The notes below the pieces were generated by a model. It worked only from the letters and a program-made list of their open reading frames with translations, searched no databases and was not told the origin of the DNA. A program made the position numbers and the translations under genes. DNA of 63,768 nt, filler included. It is 4 parts of 4 records of this genome, joined end to end, with 100 filler letters (N's around TTAATTAATTAA, not from the genome) between each part and the next. Parts side by side here need not be neighbours in the genome. Positions count along the whole stretch, not along the records: positions 44,801 to 59,756 come from SRR20825010_1311; 3 more parts are not named here. One strand, 5' to 3'. Below are positions 47,286 to 57,260 of this stretch, piece by piece (position 1 is the stretch's first letter; the number at the start of each line of letters is the position of its first letter).

Positions 47286-48191
47286 TCACAGCAATTGGTA
47301 ACTGATACTGCCCAGTACCACCAAAACCACTGCCCACTTGGCGGTTACGTAGAACGGCTTGTTCTTCTTCTTCACCGATTTCAGGAAGCCTTTGTAGGCA
47401 ATCACGCCCTTGCCCAGCTTGTTACCAATACCGGTGTGGCTGCTGTCCACGTTGTCGATCATGAACAGGCGATTGAAAAACCAGCCGAAGAACCAGTAAC
47501 CCTTTTGCACCCATTTGCTCTTCAAGGGACGATCCACGTCGGTCATCAGGATGATGCGGGGGGTGTCTGTGCGATTCCACGCAGAATGAATATAGGTTTC
47601 ATCGAAGATAATGCTGTCGCCATCACGCCAGATGTAATCCTCTTCGTTTACCGTCAGCCCGCAGTTTTCATCATTGGGGGTGCTCAGCCCGATGGAGTAG
47701 CGCAGGGTGTAGGCAAACGGATCGTGGTGACGATTCAGCTTCTTGCCCGGCATCAATACCGCGAACAGGGCGATATTCAGGGTGGGAATCTGCTCCAGCA
47801 ACGCCATGGTTTTCGGCGCCAGGTCGTAGGCCGAGGGCAGCTTGTTGTCGTACACTTTCAGATAAAAACTGGTCCAGCGATTATCCTTGTAAAAGCTGCT
47901 GGCCGGCAGATCTTCTTTCGCGGTAATCAGGCCACCGTGGTACAACGCCACCGCTTCATCGCGAATGGTTTCCCAGTTGTCTTCGATCAACTGTAATTCC
48001 GGCAGATGCGACAAGCTCAGGCGCGGCGTGGTGGGCACCTTGGAGAGCAGATAGGCCGGAATATTGAACGGCACCATAAAGGTGGAAAAGTCCGACAGCT
48101 GGCGCTTCAGGCCAAACGGTTCCCGGTTACGCATCCGAATAAAAATAATGCAGCCCGCATAAATCAGCAGACAGGCCAGAATCACGGTCAT
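47286..48191 (-). CDS. lpxO: Asp/Asn beta-hydroxylase family protein (LpxO-like)
   Basis: N- and C-terminal TM helices, NWETIRDEA, WTSFYLK, HHDPF, FDETYIH. Confidence 0.85.
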   Translation of the reverse strand: MTVILACLLIYAGCIIFIRMRNREPFGLKRQLSDFSTFMVPFNIPAYLLSKVPTTPRLSLSHLPELQLIEDNWETIRDEAVALYHGGLITAKEDLPASSFYKDNRWTSFYLKVYDNKLPSAYDLAPKTMALLEQIPTLNIALFAVLMPGKKLNRHHDPFAYTLRYSIGLSTPNDENCGLTVNEEDYIWRDGDSIIFDETYIHSAWNRTDTPRIILMTDVDRPLKSKWVQKGYWFFGWFFNRLFMIDNVDSSHTGIGNKLGKGVIAYKGFLKSVKKKNKPFYVTAKWAVVLVVLGSISYQLL

Positions 48192-48450
48192 CTGTTTTCC
48201 TTTGGTTCATTGAGTCCAGGTTCGAGGCAAGCCGCGCTGCCCGAAAAATCGACGGACGGGATTTTAAAGCAAATCCCCCCGTAAAACCGGGATAATACCT
48301 GCCAATTGCCGCCATTGCTCTGCCTGACAGGCCCGTCGGTCTGTTCTCTCCGACCCAGCCAGGGCCGCCATCATTGGCCGACATCACGGTTAGCGGTACA
48401 TTCTAGCCTTGCCTTTGCACAACAGCCGCCACCTTTGAGGAATCCAGCCT

Positions 48451-50157
48451 GTGACGCACCGAATTCTGCCCCTGATCGCCTGCCTGCTGCTCTTGGCACA
48501 GTGGAGCCACGCCGACGATAGCTCGCTGACCATCAAGGATGTCATCGATACGGGAGAAAAGGCCGAGGCGGTGATTGCTGACTCCCTGCAAGATGACAGC
48601 ATTCGACCCGGCGATACCCCCCTATCGACTATGCTGGCCATCATGAACGCAGCCCAGGACGGAAACTGGGACGCCGCCGGGGCTTACCTGGACATGCGTT
48701 ACCTGCCCGCAGACATGGCCGGCAGTGATGCCGCCACCTTAATGGAGCAGCTGAATATTGTCTGGGGCCAGCAGCGGATCCTGGACCTGACCCGGTTGTC
48801 TACCCGCCCGGAGGGGCACCGGGATGACGGCCTGCCCAGCTACCGGGACAAGATCGCCACCCTGACCCTGCCGGACGACACCCTGACCCTCTATCTGCAA
48901 CGGGTACCCGGCGATGACGAGCGTCGTATCTGGAAAATCTCCAACGCCACAGTGCAGCAGATCCCCCACCTCTGGGAGCTGTTCGGTTACAACCCGACCA
49001 TCACCCGCCTGGCGGATTATCTGCCGGATTTCACGATCCTCTATATGCAGAACTGGCAGGTGGCCGGGCTGGTACTGATCATCATCGGCGCCTGGCTGGC
49101 CTCTTCCCTGCTGCGCCGGCTGACACTGCGCCTGCTGGAGTACTCCGATCGTTACCGCGATACCCTGCACCAGTTCTTCTCCATGCCGTTTCGCTGGTAC
49201 CTGTTCTTCAAGCTGATGCAGCTGGGCGTGGCCGAGCTGGGCCTGTCCATCCGCGCCCAGGTGTACCTGAACCAGTCCGCCCTGGGCTATCTGGCCACCC
49301 TGTTCCTGGCGCTGGGCTTTATCGAACTGCTTTCTGCCCTGTTCCTTAGCAGTGCCCAGAACCAGAAGTACTGGTCCGGCATCATTCGCCCGGTTCGTAC
49401 CATCCTCAAAATGATCGCCGCTGTGGTGATCTTTCTGCTGTGGCTCAGCGACTCCGGCTACGACATCACCACGGTACTGGCCGGGCTGGGCATTGGCTCC
49501 ATCGCCGTGGCCCTGGCCGCACAGAAGACCCTGGAAAACGTGATTGGCGCCTTCACCCTGTACATTGCCAAACCCGTTCAACCCGGCGACTTCTGCCGGG
49601 TTGGCACCACCGCCGGCGTCATCGAGGAAATCGGCCTGCGCTCTACCCGCATTCGCCAGACGGACCGCACCGTGGTGTACGTTCCCAACGCGGTACTCGC
49701 CAGTGCCAGCATCGAAAACATCAGCGAGTCCGATTTCCGTCGCTACCACCGCGACCTGCATATTCGCCTGGGCGCCAGCACCGACCAGCTACGCCAATTA
49801 CTGGTCGACCTGCGGCGCTTGATTTACAGCCACCCAAGGCTCACCGAACGTGCAGCCCGGGTACGCTTCGAGGAAATCCTGCGGGACGGCTACCGCATCT
49901 CGCTGAACTGTTATGTGGACAGCAGCGCCTACAGCGAATTCCTGGCCGTGGCTGAAGATCTGAACCTGCGCATCCTGCAAATCCTGGAGGATAACGGCGT
50001 CCACCTGGCGGTACCGGTTCAGCAATGGGTCAACAACACCGAAAGCAGCACAGCCACGGTGCAACGCAACCAGGATGACGCTCTGCCCTTCCCGGACTTC
50101 AGCGACGACGACAAGGCCGCCATGAAAGGCAGCCTGGACTATCCGTACAAGGGTTAA
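48451..50157 (+). CDS. MscS family mechanosensitive channel with periplasmic N-terminal domain
   Basis: LAGLGIGSIAVALAAQKTLEN, GDFC, IEEIGLRSTRIR, VPN. Confidence 0.93.
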   Translation: MTHRILPLIACLLLLAQWSHADDSSLTIKDVIDTGEKAEAVIADSLQDDSIRPGDTPLSTMLAIMNAAQDGNWDAAGAYLDMRYLPADMAGSDAATLMEQLNIVWGQQRILDLTRLSTRPEGHRDDGLPSYRDKIATLTLPDDTLTLYLQRVPGDDERRIWKISNATVQQIPHLWELFGYNPTITRLADYLPDFTILYMQNWQVAGLVLIIIGAWLASSLLRRLTLRLLEYSDRYRDTLHQFFSMPFRWYLFFKLMQLGVAELGLSIRAQVYLNQSALGYLATLFLALGFIELLSALFLSSAQNQKYWSGIIRPVRTILKMIAAVVIFLLWLSDSGYDITTVLAGLGIGSIAVALAAQKTLENVIGAFTLYIAKPVQPGDFCRVGTTAGVIEEIGLRSTRIRQTDRTVVYVPNAVLASASIENISESDFRRYHRDLHIRLGASTDQLRQLLVDLRRLIYSHPRLTERAARVRFEEILRDGYRISLNCYVDSSAYSEFLAVAEDLNLRILQILEDNGVHLAVPVQQWVNNTESSTATVQRNQDDALPFPDFSDDDKAAMKGSLDYPYKG

Positions 50158-50262
50158 GTCAAAATGTATATACATTGACTATCTAAAAGATAGCCTATAG
50201 CCTCATTGAAAGTCGAGCGTGAACCGGCGACGATGCGGCGTGATTTTTCATGGTGATGACCA

Positions 50263-50436
50263 ATGGCAAAAAGCAAAGCCAAAAAGAAAAACAGCCAGCT
50301 TATCGTCCGAATCAACGACGAAGAGCGTGTGCGCTTTATCGAGCTCTGTGAGGAACTCGATACCAGCGCAGCAAGGGAAGTGCGCCGGTTTATTCGCGAC
50401 TTTATCAAGAATCAGGAAGCGCCTTCCGGCGACTGA
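50263..50436 (+). CDS. 57-aa ribbon-helix-helix-like protein (missed by ORF track)
   Basis: Hand translation MAKSKAKKKNSQLIVRINDEERVRFIELCEELDTSAAREVRRFIRDFIKNQEAPSGD; beta-helix-helix pattern. Confidence 0.7.
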   Translation: MAKSKAKKKNSQLIVRINDEERVRFIELCEELDTSAAREVRRFIRDFIKNQEAPSGD

Positions 50437-50482
50437 CTGAAACCGATAAAACCTGTATTCGATATAAACGACGGAGCACACC

Positions 50483-50590
50483 ATGTCTCAGAAGAAAAAA
50501 CTGAAAAAAGCCATCAAGAACAGTAAAGCCAAGATCAGCAAACAAGAAAATGTTGTGAAGAAACTGAAGAAAAAGCTCAAGAAGCTTTAA
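50483..50590 (+). CDS. 35-aa lysine-rich peptide (missed by ORF track)
   Basis: GGAG RBS; MSQKKKLKKAIKNSKAKISKQENVVKKLKKKLKKL; followed by a hairpin. Confidence 0.6.
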   Translation: MSQKKKLKKAIKNSKAKISKQENVVKKLKKKLKKL

Positions 50591-50597
50591 TCTTCCA

Positions 50598-50630
50598 TTG
50601 AAGGGGCCGGCATCGCCGGCCTCCTTCAAC
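50598..50630 (+). terminator. Hairpin after the small-ORF pair
   Basis: TTGAAGGGGCCGGC-ATC-GCCGGCCTCCTTCAA; U-tract weak. Confidence 0.55.
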
Positions 50631-50788
50631 CACTTTCAACCTTCCTCAACGTTCTCACGCCCCCTCTCACCCCATTGCATATCCCCAACGCCCCCAGCCG
50701 CGCCGCGTACTGATTCATTTTCAATCATCAACATCCCGCCAATGGCAGTGTTAACATCAAGCTTCACGGGTTAGGGGGATGTTCGGGA

Positions 50789-52081
50789 ATGAAGCAACGG
50801 CTCGCTTTGCTATTCAGTCTTTTCGCTTTCACTGCCGCATGCAGTTTTCAACCCGGCATCGTCGATGACAACGCTCTGCGCGAAGGCGCCACGCAACACG
50901 TGGAACAAGCGCTGACCGTACGCGCCAGCGTCATCAGTGACAGCGATGCCCACGACATCTTTGGCGTGGCCCTGGGCATACACGGCATTCAGGCCGTCTG
51001 GCTGGAGGTGGACAACAACACCGGCACGCCACTGTATTACCTCCCTGTCACCACCGACCAACAATATTTTTCGCCACTGGAAGTGGCCTGGAAAGTGAAG
51101 GGAAAGTTCGGCAAGGAAGATGAAAAAGCCGTGGACCGCATGTTCGTTTCCCGTGCCATGCCCATCAACCTGCCAACCGGTAAGCGCACCAGCGGCTTTG
51201 TATTCACCAATCGCGATCTTGGCGTCAAGGTGGTCAATGTGGACCTGCTGGGAGGCGGAAAAAGCTGGCAATCGTCATTCATCATCGACGTGCCGGGCAT
51301 CAAACTGGATGTGGAAAAAGTCGACCTCACCATCCTGTATAACGAACAGGACCACCAACACGTGGATCGCGATGGCCTGCGCGCCTGGCTAGCAGAGCAG
51401 CCCTGCTGCACCCACAACGACGACAGCAGTGCCAGTGGCGACCCGATCAATTTCGTCCTGGTCGGCGACAGCCAGTTGCTGCTCAGTGCCATGGTGCAAC
51501 GCGGCTGGGACCTGACCGAGCGCATCCATGGTGGCTCGATCTGGAAAACCACCAAATCCTTCCTGATGGGTTCCAGCTACCGTTACTCACCGGTGAGCTC
51601 CCTTTATGCGCTGGATCGCCCCCAGGATATGGCGTTGCAAAAAGCCCGTGGCAATATTCACCAGCGCAATCACCTGCGCCTCTGGCGGGCGCCACTACTA
51701 TGCGACGGCGAACCGGTCTGGCTGGGACAGATCAGTCGGGATATCGGTGTACGCTTTACCTTCAAGTCGCCCACCTTGACCACCCACAAAATCGACCCGG
51801 ATGTGGATGAGGCCCGGGACTATCTGCTCCAGGACATGATTTTTTCACAACGGCTGGCCGAGTTCGGGTATGTGCGTGCCATGGAAGCCAAACACATCGA
51901 CAGCCCCGGCCATAACCTCACCGGCGATCCCTTTATTACCGATGGCCTGCGGCTGGTGATGTTCTTCCATAGCCCCATGACGCCCATGCATGAAGTGAAA
52001 AATCTCCACTGGGAACAGCCGGACCGGAACCGTCGCCTCTGGATAGAAAGCGATTCGGCCCCGGCGATGCCACCACCGTAA
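50789..52081 (+). CDS. LssY C-terminal domain lipoprotein
   Basis: FTAAC lipobox, GDPINFVLVG, SPVSSLY, RNHLRLW, THKIDPDVDEARD. Confidence 0.85.
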   Translation: MKQRLALLFSLFAFTAACSFQPGIVDDNALREGATQHVEQALTVRASVISDSDAHDIFGVALGIHGIQAVWLEVDNNTGTPLYYLPVTTDQQYFSPLEVAWKVKGKFGKEDEKAVDRMFVSRAMPINLPTGKRTSGFVFTNRDLGVKVVNVDLLGGGKSWQSSFIIDVPGIKLDVEKVDLTILYNEQDHQHVDRDGLRAWLAEQPCCTHNDDSSASGDPINFVLVGDSQLLLSAMVQRGWDLTERIHGGSIWKTTKSFLMGSSYRYSPVSSLYALDRPQDMALQKARGNIHQRNHLRLWRAPLLCDGEPVWLGQISRDIGVRFTFKSPTLTTHKIDPDVDEARDYLLQDMIFSQRLAEFGYVRAMEAKHIDSPGHNLTGDPFITDGLRLVMFFHSPMTPMHEVKNLHWEQPDRNRRLWIESDSAPAMPPP

Positions 52082-52171
52082 TTTTTGCTTTCTTTACAGA
52101 TTGCCACTTGAGCCCTTCAAAACAGCCCCTAGGCTTTGTGGATAATACTTACTCACCGATTGGAGCCAATC

Positions 52172-52501
52172 ATGTTCATTCGATTTCTGACCGTGCTTGC
52201 CACCGCGTCCTTGGTCGCCTGCGTGACCGCCGCCTCCCCGATCCGGGTTGCCGACGGGAACCAGAATGAAGGCACCGTGACTCTGGCCACCGACTATAAC
52301 CTGATGCAGAACCCACAGATGGACTGGCAACAAGGCCTGCAAAAAGCCAGCGCGCAATGTCAGGGCTGGGGATACAGCGGCGCGATTCCCAACGGCAAAC
52401 CCAGCCAGAGCTGCAGCAATGAAACCCAGGACGGTGACTGTATCGGCTGGACGGTGAACGCGACTTTTCAATGCACCGGGCAACAGGCTCCCCAGCAGTA
52501 A
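52172..52501 (+). CDS. YecR-like lipoprotein
   Basis: LVAC lipobox, GTVTL, C..WGYSGA, terminal FQC. Confidence 0.8.
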   Translation: MFIRFLTVLATASLVACVTAASPIRVADGNQNEGTVTLATDYNLMQNPQMDWQQGLQKASAQCQGWGYSGAIPNGKPSQSCSNETQDGDCIGWTVNATFQCTGQQAPQQ

Positions 52502-52538
52502 CGTCCGCCGGCAAACCGTTATTTCAGCAACCCGCGAT

Positions 52539-52577
52539 AAAACAAAAAAAGCCTCTTAAAAGAGGCTTTTTTGTTTT
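52539..52577. terminator. Bidirectional terminator
   Basis: AAAACAAAAAAAGCCTCT..AGAGGCTTTTTTGTTTT. Confidence 0.9.
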
Positions 52578-52619
52578 CTTTCTGATGCTGCTGAGCGAAC
52601 GTGCTCAGGCCAGATCTGA

Positions 52620-53825
52620 TTACTTGTCGGCGTCCAGCGCCTGGTAGTAATCCATCAGGATCTGCGCCACTTCAGGACGAGAGAATTCCGGCGGCGGGGC
52701 AATCCCCTGGCCCAGCATCTCACGGACCTTGGTCCCTGACAGCAGAACAAAGTCGTCCTTGGTGTGATCCGGCACATCACGCATCATCACCACGCGATCG
52801 AGCTTCTTGGAGTAGGCTGTATGGTCGGCTTCGAAGATCTTGATCTCCAGGGCGCCTGCCGGCACTTTTTCCTGGAAGATGGTCTGTGCGTCGAAAGCAC
52901 CGTAATAATCACCCACACCAGCGTGGTCACGGCCCACGATCAAGTGGCTGCAACCACAGTTCTGACGGAACACCGCGTGCAGCACCGCTTCACGGGGGCC
53001 TGCATACAGCATGTCAAAACCGTACCCGGTGATCATCACGCTATTGGGCGGGAAATACACTTCGACCATCTTGCGAATAGAGGCATCACGTACTTCGGCC
53101 GGAATATCACCGGCTTTCAGCTTGCCCAGCAACATGTGGATCAGGATGCCATCGGCGTTCAGCGCTTCCTGGGCCATGCGACACAATTCTTCGTGGGCAC
53201 GGTGCATCGGGTTACGGGTCTGGAAAGCAACCACATTACTCCAGCCACGCTCAACAAACTCATTGCGGATGGAAACGGCGGTGCGGAAGGTGTCGGGGAA
53301 ATCGTCAGCAAAATAGGAGTAGCTCAACACCTGGATGTCGCCGGAAACGATAAAGTTGCCCGCCGCCAGGAAGTTCGCCACGCCCGGGTGCTGCTTGTCG
53401 TTGGTGGCGAAGACCTGCTCGGCCACCGCTTCCAGTTCCGCGTCAGAGGCTTCTTCGATAGCCGCCACGTCCATCACCGCAATCACCGGCTGACCTTCCA
53501 CATTGGGGTCACGCAGGGCAATGCGCTTGGCACCTTCAATCGCGCTGATATCTTTCAGCATATTGACGATCGGTACCGGCCAGAACAGGCCATTGGCCGT
53601 GGTCAGGCTCTCGGCCACTGACAGCATATCTGCCTTGTTCATGTAACCGGAAAGCGGGGTGAAATAACCGGCGCCCATCATCACCGCATTGGCAGCAGCC
53701 GCGGAACTGATCACCACCGACGGCAGAGACTCCGCTTCCTTCTGCAAAGCAACGCGAGCGGCTTCATCAGCCACGTACAGGGGGTTCAATGCGTCCGCAC
53801 CATGCGGCTTGACCAAGGCGACCAT
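52620..53825 (-). CDS. sat: Sulfate adenylyltransferase (Sat type)
   Basis: AFQTRNPMHRAHE, MLYAGPREA, IVGRDHAGVG, LSGTKVR, PPEFSRPEV. Confidence 0.96.
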   Translation of the reverse strand: MVALVKPHGADALNPLYVADEAARVALQKEAESLPSVVISSAAAANAVMMGAGYFTPLSGYMNKADMLSVAESLTTANGLFWPVPIVNMLKDISAIEGAKRIALRDPNVEGQPVIAVMDVAAIEEASDAELEAVAEQVFATNDKQHPGVANFLAAGNFIVSGDIQVLSYSYFADDFPDTFRTAVSIRNEFVERGWSNVVAFQTRNPMHRAHEELCRMAQEALNADGILIHMLLGKLKAGDIPAEVRDASIRKMVEVYFPPNSVMITGYGFDMLYAGPREAVLHAVFRQNCGCSHLIVGRDHAGVGDYYGAFDAQTIFQEKVPAGALEIKIFEADHTAYSKKLDRVVMMRDVPDHTKDDFVLLSGTKVREMLGQGIAPPPEFSRPEVAQILMDYYQALDADK

Positions 53826-54031
53826 CTATTCACTCCTAATGATTAATCAACGGGGTATCCATATCGCGGCGCAGTATAACAAAGGATTGGCACCAGGTCG
53901 GCCCGGCAATAAGTAATAAGGAAAACACAAACAAGAATAAGACAGGCAGCGGCAACCGCCGCCCAATCAGACCGCCAGGGGGAACTCGCCCCCTGACGCC
54001 CCACCCGAGCTGCAACAGGTTGCGAGCCGGA

Positions 54032-55090
54032 TTATACGATTGGCGGCTCCCCCGACAGGGTTGGCCCTTCTTCGATATCGTGGGTGAACTCTTCCAGCGA
54101 CTGCGCCACTTCCCCCACCTCCTCGAAACGGGCGATGTGGTAGAGGGCTTCGCCTTCGTTAACCAACGGCAGATTGTTGCGGCCCACCAGAATGCCGGCG
54201 GCAGGGGCGTGGATATTGATGTCATCGCCGCCAAAGGGGCTGGAGATACGGCCGATCAGATCCCCTTTCTTGATCCAGGCACCCAGGGCCACCAGGGACA
54301 GGAAGACGCCGTCGCGTTCGGCTCGGACCCAGCTGGAGGAGCGGGCGATATAGGGCTCAGCGGGTGCCTTGGTGCGGCGGGAACCCGTCATACCCAGATG
54401 ATGCATCACGTTGAGCACGCCTTTGACGCCAGCACGAATGCAGGACTCGTCAAAACGCAGCGCTTCGCCTGCTTCGTAGGTAATGACCGGAATGCCCTGG
54501 GCTTCGGCCACTTCACGCAGCGTGCCCTCGCCCAGTACCGAGTTGATCACCACCGGCACGCCAAAGGCGTTGGCCATGGCGCTGGTGTCGTCGTTGGACA
54601 GGTTGGCTCGAATCTGCGGCAGATTATCACGGTGAATGGCGCCGGTGTGCAGGTCCACCGCGTGGGTGGCACGGTCCAGCACCTGGGTCTTGAACTGCCA
54701 TGCCATGCGCGCGCCCAGGCTGCCGGTTTCCGAGCCCGGGAAGCAGCGGTTCAGATCCCGGCGGTCCGGCAGGTAGCGCGATTTATGGATAAAGCCGAAC
54801 ACATTCACCACCGGCACCGCCAACAGGGTGCCGCTAAGGTTTTTCAAGGCGGAATGGCGTAGCAGGCGACGGATAATCTCAACGCCATTCAGCTCATCGC
54901 CATGGATAGCCGCGCTGACCATGAACACCGGCCCGGGCTTGCGGCCGTGGATCACATGAATAGGCACATTCAGCGGGGTCTGGGTATAAAGCTGAGCCAG
55001 CGGCAGCTCCACTTTTGTGCGGGAACCGGGCTGGACGGTAATGCCATCAATTTCAAAAGGAGCGTTTTTCGGTTCTTTTGGATTTTTCAT
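54032..55090 (-). CDS. Succinylglutamate desuccinylase/aspartoacylase family protein
   Basis: IHGDELNG, DLNRCFPG, DLHTG, YEAGE; ATG at 55090. Confidence 0.92.
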   Translation of the reverse strand: MKNPKEPKNAPFEIDGITVQPGSRTKVELPLAQLYTQTPLNVPIHVIHGRKPGPVFMVSAAIHGDELNGVEIIRRLLRHSALKNLSGTLLAVPVVNVFGFIHKSRYLPDRRDLNRCFPGSETGSLGARMAWQFKTQVLDRATHAVDLHTGAIHRDNLPQIRANLSNDDTSAMANAFGVPVVINSVLGEGTLREVAEAQGIPVITYEAGEALRFDESCIRAGVKGVLNVMHHLGMTGSRRTKAPAEPYIARSSSWVRAERDGVFLSLVALGAWIKKGDLIGRISSPFGGDDINIHAPAAGILVGRNNLPLVNEGEALYHIARFEEVGEVAQSLEEFTHDIEEGPTLSGEPPIV

Positions 55091-55126
55091 TCTTTTCTGA
55101 CCACGTTGCCGACAGCCTTCCCGGTC

Positions 55127-55193
55127 ACGAGTGCCGAGCACAGAAAACCATGATTTTGTTCGGCTTTCGCAACTCGAAACTCGTCACTCGCTT
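55127..55193. repeat. Inverted heptamer arrays (CGAG/CTCG type) around a weak stem
   Basis: ACGAGTG CCGAGCA CAGAAAA ... TTCGCAA CTCGAAA CTCGTCA CTCGCTT. Confidence 0.55.
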
Positions 55194-55199
55194 CAGGCT

Positions 55200-55221
55200 G
55201 TTCGCACCTTTTGAGGTGCTC
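55200..55221. repeat. Degenerate copy of the contig-1 terminal REP
   Basis: GTTCGCACCTTTTGAGGTGCTC versus GTTCGCACCTCAAG(A/C)GGTGCTC. Confidence 0.5.
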
Positions 55222-55236
55222 TTGGAATAAACAGCC

Positions 55237-56145
55237 TTATCCCTTGGAACCTTTGGTTTGTGTCCGGTAGGGACGGGCATCCTTTTCGATGAACTTGATG
55301 ATCATGCCAGCCACATCCTTGTTGGTGGCCATCTCAATCCCTTCCAGGCCAGGAGAGGAATTCACTTCCATCACCACCGGACCATGGTGTGAACGCAGGA
55401 TATCCACACCCGCCACATTCAACCCCATGATACGGGCAGCTCGCACAGCGGTGGCGCGTTCTTCCGGGGTAATGCGGATCAGGCTGGCACTGCCGCCCCG
55501 GTGCAGGTTGGAGCGGAACTCGCCCGGCGCGGCCTGGCGCTTCATGGCAGCAATAACCTTGCCGCCCACCACAAAACAACGGATATCCGCACCGCCGGCT
55601 TCCTTGATGTATTCCTGCACCATTACCGACACGTTCAGGCCCATAAAGGCTTCGATTACCGACTCCGCAGCCTTGCGGGTTTCCGCCAGCACCACGCCGA
55701 TGCCCTGGGTGCCTTCCAGCATCTTGATCACCAGCGGCGCACCGCGAACCATGTTGATCAGGTCAGGAATGTCATCCGGCGAGTGGGCAAAACCGGTGAT
55801 GGGCAACCCAACGCCTTTGCGCGAGAGCAGCTGCAGTGAACGCAACTTGTCCCGGGAGCGAGAGATAGCTACCGATTCATTGATCGGAAAAACGCCCATC
55901 ATTTCGAATTGACGCACTACCGCCGTACCGTACTGGGTAATCGAGGCACCAATACGGGGAATCACCGCATCAAAACCTTCCAGCACTTCACCCTTGTAGT
56001 GAATCTCCGGCTTGTGAGCCACCATGCTCATGTAACAGCGCAGGGTGTCGATCACATGCATTTCATGGCCCGCCGCTTCGCCGGCTTCGACCATGCGTCG
56101 CGTGGAGTACAGGCGCTTGTTTCGGGAAAGAATCGCAATTTTCAT
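55237..56145 (-). CDS. rimK: Ribosomal protein S6--L-glutamate ligase
   Basis: [51 protein letters not shown]. Confidence 0.97.
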   Translation of the reverse strand: MKIAILSRNKRLYSTRRMVEAGEAAGHEMHVIDTLRCYMSMVAHKPEIHYKGEVLEGFDAVIPRIGASITQYGTAVVRQFEMMGVFPINESVAISRSRDKLRSLQLLSRKGVGLPITGFAHSPDDIPDLINMVRGAPLVIKMLEGTQGIGVVLAETRKAAESVIEAFMGLNVSVMVQEYIKEAGGADIRCFVVGGKVIAAMKRQAAPGEFRSNLHRGGSASLIRITPEERATAVRAARIMGLNVAGVDILRSHHGPVVMEVNSSPGLEGIEMATNKDVAGMIIKFIEKDARPYRTQTKGSKG

Positions 56146-56600
56146 GGTTGCTCTTTTGTGCCGCCAAGGAGGAATGACGCTGTCGGGTCCACGGTAATCA
56201 GGTCCATGGCGGTTCGCCCCAGCAGCATGCGGAATTTCATGTTCTCACGGTCCGTGAGAGTAATCTCAATGGGCCAGTGACGCCCGCCCAACACAATCTC
56301 GGTGCGAATTACCGGACGCTCTTCCTTGTGCCCACCGGAGTCGGTGACCACACGGCGATCCAACACCGGGGCTTCGCATTCACGGACAGTATCCTGATCC
56401 TGGATCGGGTGAATGCAAAAACGCACCCACTCGGCGCCATCGCGCTCAAACGTTTTCACCTGATAGGCGTGCAACGCGGACGTGCGGGCACCGGTATCCA
56501 CCTTCATTTTGATGGCCTCGATACCCAGTTCAGGCAACGTCGCCCATTCCCGCCAGCCAACGGTGACCTTGTTTGTCACTTGCGACTCCTTTATTGCCAT
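56142..56600 (-). CDS. rimB: RimB-like retropepsin-fold ('ATP-dependent Zn protease') protein
   Basis: [26 protein letters not shown]; overlaps the rimK start and gloA stop. Confidence 0.88.
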   Translation of the reverse strand: MAIKESQVTNKVTVGWREWATLPELGIEAIKMKVDTGARTSALHAYQVKTFERDGAEWVRFCIHPIQDQDTVRECEAPVLDRRVVTDSGGHKEERPVIRTEIVLGGRHWPIEITLTDRENMKFRMLLGRTAMDLITVDPTASFLLGGTKEQP

Positions 56601-56983
56601 CAATCGCGTCCCAGCAATTCGATTTTATAGCCGTCCGGATCCTGCGCGAATGCCAGCACTGTGGTGCCGTGCTTCATGGGGCCCGGCTCGCGGGTGATAC
56701 GCCCGCCTCTTTCCCGAATACGCTCACAAGCAGCGTACACGTCGTCCACGGCCAGAGCCACATGGCCATAGCCGTCGCCCAGATCATAGGATGACTGGTC
56801 CCAGTTACAGGTCAACTCCAGCACCGCGCCTTCCGATTCCGGCTGGTAGCCCACAAAAACATTGGTAAAGCGACCTTCCGGGTAGTCCTTGCGGCGCAAT
56901 TCGGTCATCCCCAGCACCTGGGTATAGAAAGCAACTGACGCCTCAAGATCGCCCACACGCAGCATGGTATGCAGGATTCGCAT
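56600..56983 (-). CDS. gloA: Lactoylglutathione lyase, short (Ni/Co class) form
   Basis: [44 protein letters not shown]. Confidence 0.95.
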   Translation of the reverse strand: MRILHTMLRVGDLEASVAFYTQVLGMTELRRKDYPEGRFTNVFVGYQPESEGAVLELTCNWDQSSYDLGDGYGHVALAVDDVYAACERIRERGGRITREPGPMKHGTTVLAFAQDPDGYKIELLGRD

Positions 56984-57150
56984 GGTTGGAAAAACTCCTG
57001 ACAACAGGGAAATACACAGGTGCCGCAAGCGCCTGCCGTGTCAGGGCGAAGTGTGGTGCGAGAAGGGTCGATTGACAATGAAAAAGTCGGCTTTGAGCAG
57101 GAAAACGCTGTAAAACATTGAGGCTGACCTGGGTAACCGGCACCTTGAGC

Positions 57151-57243
57151 ATGAGAAGGCGAGAGGCGAGGTACGAGTCGCGAAAACCTGAAATTTCACG
57201 CTTTCAGGTTTTGCCGTTCGAGACTCGCTGCTCGCAACGCACG
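57151..57243. repeat. Hairpin flanked by inverted heptamer arrays (likely also terminates the upstream lipoprotein gene)
   Basis: GCGAGAG GCGAGGT ACGAGTC GCGAAAACCTGAAA...TTTCAGGTTTTG..TTCGAGA CTCGCTG CTCGCAA. Confidence 0.65.
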
Positions 57244-57260
57244 ATTGCGGTTATCGCGAC

